DNA of 63,730 nucleotides, the filler included, from Candidatus Woesearchaeota archaeon (GTDB lineage Archaea > Nanobdellota > Nanobdellia > Woesearchaeales > WJIZ01): assembly GCA_018221205.1 (NCBI GenBank). It is 8 parts of 8 records of this genome, joined end to end, with 100 filler letters (N's around TTAATTAATTAA, not from the genome) between each part and the next. Parts side by side here need not be neighbours in the genome. Positions count along the whole stretch, not along the records: positions 59,089 to 61,512 come from JAAOYF010000052.1; positions 61,613 to 63,730 come from JAAOYF010000054.1; 6 more parts are not named here. One strand, written 5' to 3'. Position numbers and translations under genes: made by a program. A model generated the notes under the pieces. That model was not told the DNA's origin, searched no databases, and saw only the letters and a list, made by a program, of their open reading frames with translations. Numbering within the stretch: position 1 is the first letter of the stretch; each line of letters starts with the position of its first letter. Shown here piece after piece: positions 59,353 to 63,730 of this stretch.

Positions 59353-59474
59353 ATTCTAAACCCAATACGCTTCAAACTCTTTTTTACTTCTTCACCTAAT
59401 TTCTCCCCTTCTTCCATTTGCTTTCTTAATTCATCTGCTAGTTCCTTCATCTTATCATCATTGTACCCCTTATA
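59349..59474 (-). pseudogene. Remnant resembling the C-terminal tail of a type I R-M HsdM subunit
   Basis: DKMKELADELRKQMEEGEKLGEEVKKSLKRIGF*; in-frame stop just upstream; ATGA overlap with ATPase. Confidence 0.55.
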
Positions 59475-59596
59475 CTAGTTGAACATTCTCTGGCTTATAA
59501 ATTTTCCCACAGGTCTTCCGTTATTGAAAGACTGTCCTAGGTGGCCTTGGAAGTATCACCAAAACCCTTTTAAGAGGAGATTTGGTAATGATGCGT

Positions 59597-60421
59597 ATGA
59601 AGATGGCGATTGTCGGCTTAGGGGCGTTAGGCAGCCAGGTGGCCGAGTTAATTAAGGGAGAACTCATTCTCATAGATAGGGATGTGGTTGAGGAGAAGAA
59701 TCTTGAGAGGCAGAATTATAGGAAAGAAGATGTGGGGAAGGAAAAAGCCAAGGCCATGGAACGAGTTAAGCCTTACAAGAGCATTGTTGCTGACCTAAAC
59801 CACAAAAATATCGATATTTTAGACGAGGCGGAGTTGATTTTGGATTGTACTGATAACTTATATACGAGGTATTTGATCAATGATTATTGTAGGAAGACGG
59901 GGAAAGGCTGGGTGTATAGTGGTGTAATCAGAAATCATGGGTTTGTGATGGGGATTAGGCAGGGTGATGCTTGTTTTGGGTGTGTGTTTCCGGATTCCCG
60001 GAGTCTGGATACGTGTGATACTGCTGGGGTGGAGTTAGAGGCTATCAAAAAGATAGCTAAACTGCAGGTCAGGGTGGTGGATAGCATCCTGAAGGGAGAT
60101 TTTGAGCAAAAACTGATCCATTTCAACCTGGATAAAGGGGAGACTGCTCTTAAGACCAAGAAGAGAGCAGACTGCAAGGCTTGCAAGGGTGATTATGAGT
60201 ATCTGGATGGGAAGAAAGAGATCACCTCGATACAGCATCAATGCAGTGACTTATATGTGTTCTTCAAGGATATTGATTATGATACTTTAAGAGATAAACT
60301 AGGGAAAAAGGGAGAGTATTTCTTCTATGAGAACCTGACTATCTTTAGGAATGGTAGAATTCTCATCAAAGCTGATTCTTTAGAAAGGGCTAAGGCTGCT
60401 TTGGATAGAATTATTCCGTAA
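59597..60421 (+). CDS. ThiF/MoeB/E1-like adenylyltransferase
   Basis: GLGALG, IDRDVVE...NLERQ, DCTDN, CFGC, TCDTAG, CKAC; start uncertain. Confidence 0.9.
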   Translation: MKMAIVGLGALGSQVAELIKGELILIDRDVVEEKNLERQNYRKEDVGKEKAKAMERVKPYKSIVADLNHKNIDILDEAELILDCTDNLYTRYLINDYCRKTGKGWVYSGVIRNHGFVMGIRQGDACFGCVFPDSRSLDTCDTAGVELEAIKKIAKLQVRVVDSILKGDFEQKLIHFNLDKGETALKTKKRADCKACKGDYEYLDGKKEITSIQHQCSDLYVFFKDIDYDTLRDKLGKKGEYFFYENLTIFRNGRILIKADSLERAKAALDRIIP

Positions 60422-60786
60422 GATTTCCGCTATCCTCTCGAAAAGTTTATATAACGAGTTCTATAACCAGTATTTAGCAGGTAAAACCTGTTAGGGCAGT
60501 GTACCTTGAGGTGCACGTTCAACAGTCCCAATAGGTACTGCTTTTGCAAATGAAAGAAGAAATAATCATCATCAACGGAATAAAAGTAAAAGCTAATGTT
60601 CCTGACAATTGGCTTGAAAATTCTAAGTAGATTTAATTAGTTCTTGTGGCTTAATAGTTTGATGGGCTTACTACTCCCTTGTTCTCGTAATATTTCTGGA
60701 ATTGAAGAGTGAAGGTTTGTAAAGAATACTCTCTTCCCCAAATTATCAAAAGACTTATAAACTTTAGTTTATATCCATGAACTAAA

Positions 60787-61302
60787 ATGGATATGTATAA
60801 ACTTAAGTTTACAAGATTGCAGAACCAGATCGTAAGGCTGCTCTGCATCAAGCATGGAAAGGCATTGAATCAACGAGAGATTGCACAATCGCTTGATGTC
60901 TCTCCTACAGCTGTGGCCAAGGCAGTGAAAGGAATTGGTCTCATCAAGAGAACAAAAACAAAAGTGATGACCACTATTGAACTGGACATGGAAAAGGCAA
61001 GCATGATCAAAAGAACAGAAAACTTGAGACTGATCTATGAAAGCGGATTAGCAGATCAATTAGAAGGGCATTTTCCAGGCTGTGCCATCATCCTCTTCGG
61101 GAGCTATTCTTTCGGTGAAGATACAGTCAAATCTGACATTGATATTGCTATCATAGGGAAGAAAAAAGATATCAGGCTGGAGAGATTTGAAAAACTGCTT
61201 GAGCGTACCATCAATCTCCAGTTTTACCATGATATCAAGAGTGTGCATGCAAACCTGAGGCAGAATATCATCAACGGAATCGTGATCAAGGGATTGTTAT
61301 GA
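60787..61302 (+). CDS. HTH plus minimal nucleotidyltransferase (MNT) antitoxin
   Basis: QREIA...SPTAV HTH; LFGSYSFGED...SDIDIA. Confidence 0.88.
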   Translation: MDMYKLKFTRLQNQIVRLLCIKHGKALNQREIAQSLDVSPTAVAKAVKGIGLIKRTKTKVMTTIELDMEKASMIKRTENLRLIYESGLADQLEGHFPGCAIILFGSYSFGEDTVKSDIDIAIIGKKKDIRLERFEKLLERTINLQFYHDIKSVHANLRQNIINGIVIKGLL

Positions 61303-61512
61303 GGGTATTGAAGACATTCGAAGAATTCATCAAGATGAGAGAAGTCATCAAGAGAACTCCTGATCTGGCCAGAGCTGATTCTTTAACGCAAGAAGCAAAG
61401 AAAAGAAAGAAGTTCTTAGCTGAGATGCAAGATAAAATCAAACTGAGTGATGAGAATGCAAACTATTTCATCGAACATGCTTATGATATCCTCATGGGGT
61501 TGATCAGGGCAC
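61299..61512 (+). CDS. Probable HEPN-domain partner of MNT (3' truncated)
   Basis: ATGA overlap with MNT gene; helical, YDILMGLIRA; RxxxxH motif not visible because truncated. Confidence 0.65.
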
Positions 61513-61612
61513 NNNNNNNNNNNNNNNNNNNNNNNNNNNNNNNNNNNNNNNNNNNNTTAATTAATTAANNNNNNNNNNNNNNNNNNNNNNNNNNNNNNNN
61601 NNNNNNNNNNNN

Positions 61613-63461
61613 CGATAGGCAGGCTGTTGGTCGAGAATTCATCCACCTTGATGCTCTCGCCGGCGATGTTCTCGTTATGCTCAGGAATGACAAACCCTTT
61701 CTCTTTGATGAGGTCTATGCTGATCTCATAAGTGCCCTCTGCAACAGTGATCTTTTCATTCTTATCAAAAGTGATCTCAGCAAGATCAAAGTCATTATCC
61801 TTGCTTAAGCTGACAAACGCAAGTTCATCTTCTGCAAGATCACTTATCTGACCGTCATATACCCATTCATCGCCTTGCTTCTTCACCAGTTTCTTCTTCA
61901 CTTCGACAGTCAATTCCTTGATAGGGTTCATCTTGACAACAAACCTATCGCTTCTCTCTTTGGAGCTGTCATAGGTGAAGAAATGATCCTCGTAGCCTTC
62001 TTTCTTCAGGAGAACACTTCCGCCTAAGCAGACAGGGAAGCTGCTTTCAAGTCTTCCCTCTTCTGTCTCACCGATATAGCAGCTATCGATGCAGGTATAA
62101 TAGACCTGGACATCATCAAGAGCATTGTCGGTCAGAGAATCATACGTCTCGATGATGACCTCTCCTGAGTTCCGTTTATTCCCATCACAGAGCAAGGATT
62201 CCGGAACCGCATCCAATAAGACGATCGGAGTGAATAAGGCAGGCATAGGTTCATTATTGCGTACATTTGCCTCCAGCATGAAGTTGAACGTATATCCTTG
62301 ATCATTGAAAGCAGCTGGATCTTCCAATTCGACCATGACAGGATAGCTGACATCATAGACAAAATTATACCGTTGCAGGCCGATAGGAAGTAAGTCAGTG
62401 AACATCGCCTCTGGCTCGCAGATATCTCCCCTGCAGTTAAGATCAAAATACATGTCCCAGAAATCAAGATAGTTGAAGTTCACGTTCACATCATGGATAG
62501 AGATATTATTAGGCATGCTCATGCCCCTATTGAATATTTTATCTGCAAAGTATCTTCCTGTATCGATCTCCCGCCAGTTCAGGCTGTCCACAACCCGTAA
62601 GAGAGGGATATATCCCATCACCACGCTCTGAACACTCCTCTTCACCGATCTTTTGTTCCATCGCACTGAACTGCCGAATTCAAACGTCGTATCAGACATA
62701 GGAGGAAGCTTTTCTTTGTCGACTCCTGAGAAGCCGACAATAAGATTGGTGGTTGCCCTTTCCAAGAACCTGAATTCCTGCTGCAGTTCAGTGAGATAGG
62801 TAGCCATCTCATAGACTTTACGTAGATCAAGATCAAGTGTGACAAAAAATCTTTCTATATCAAATCTATTTTCCCCTCTGGAGACTTCCAAAGGATAATC
62901 CAATTCAATAATCACATTCCGTTCAGCGATCGTGACAGTGGAGGTAGGCTCTTTCAGTTCATCAACAATAAAACCCAATTCCTCAATGCCTCCGAATCCT
63001 GCGATGCATTCTTTAAGATGCTCATCGACATAACGCTCTAATTGCTCCTCAACAGAATTCTCTCCTCGTAATTCAAGCATCTTGCTCGAGAACTCACATT
63101 CTCCTGTACATTCATTCTCAGATGCAAGATAGTGCCAATAAGGGATGATCATCTCTGAATCCCTTGAAAATGCCACTGAATCACCCTCAGTAGCCACCCC
63201 TCCTGGATGCAATGCTTCTGTATAGATATACCCTCCTCTCTGGCCCATGATATGCAGACCATTAGTTGCTGTATCCTCCAGGCATCTCTCCACAAAAGGC
63301 TGCACAGGCAGGAACTCACTGGGCAATTCCTCAACAATATCAGTGACTGCAGGTAAGATATCACCCTTGATGACCTCTCCCCTGAAATAGAAGAACATTC
63401 CGACAGCTCCCAGAATCACTATTCCTAGTATGATAAATAGGCTTACTTGCGCTTTTCCCAT
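61613..63461 (-). CDS. Large acidic membrane-anchored surface protein (3' truncated)
   Basis: MGKAQVSLFIILGIVIL prepilin-like (class III) N-terminus; many Cys pairs. Confidence 0.75.
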
Positions 63462-63619
63462 AATTCCCGTATCCCCTTTTGGATGACTTCTATATCATAC
63501 AGCCGCTGCTCCATCAATTCTCGTGCAAGCATCGACTTCTTCTTGCCTAGTTTTTTGGCTAATTGTTCGAGAAGTTTATCTATCTCATCACTCACTGTTA
63601 TCCTGATCTGATTAGACAT
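63443..63619 (-). CDS. Ribbon-helix-helix (CopG-like) protein (58 aa; not in ORF track)
   Basis: MSNQIRITVSDEIDKLLEQLAKKLGKKKSMLARELME. Confidence 0.75.
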   Translation of the reverse strand: MSNQIRITVSDEIDKLLEQLAKKLGKKKSMLARELMEQRLYDIEVIQKGIRELWEKRK

Positions 63620-63730
63620 TTTGTACTTACTTTAGCCTTATTCAAGTTATAGTATATAAATTTATCTACTAGTATATACAAGATAGCATAAGAAACAAGC
63701 TGATTTATACTTGATTAAGGCTATTCCAAG

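Overview
This window is eight separate contigs joined by seven artificial 100-nt linkers (N-runs containing TTAATTAATTAA), so adjacency across a linker means nothing. Core genes are archaeal: aIF5B, Trm1, aEF-1beta, Dph5, PAC2, Hjc and an intron-containing tRNA-Gln. These, with the style of the hypothetical proteins, point to a DPANN archaeon, most likely Woesearchaeota (inference). It carries bacterial-type lipid genes (dxs, fabI), a surface-glycan cluster, three toxin-antitoxin pairs and IS200 and IS6 elements. The strongest signal is an AT-rich island at about 39.4-44.1 kb with three attC-like sites delimiting two complete integron-type cassettes; no integrase is visible because the contig ends. 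Each cassette's two ends are also long, cassette-specific, interrupted inverted repeats. In the MFS cassette the 84-nt 5' leader is a block-wise reverse complement of the gene's own 3' end, with an archaeal promoter in a mismatched gap. Other unexplained structure includes repeated hairpins on both sides of ftsZ, a multi-branched intergenic element beside a 1381-aa glycosyltransferase/phosphodiester-glycosidase fusion, and a wHTH-nuclease/Hjc/ligase operon. All family calls come from motif recognition by eye; no database search was run.
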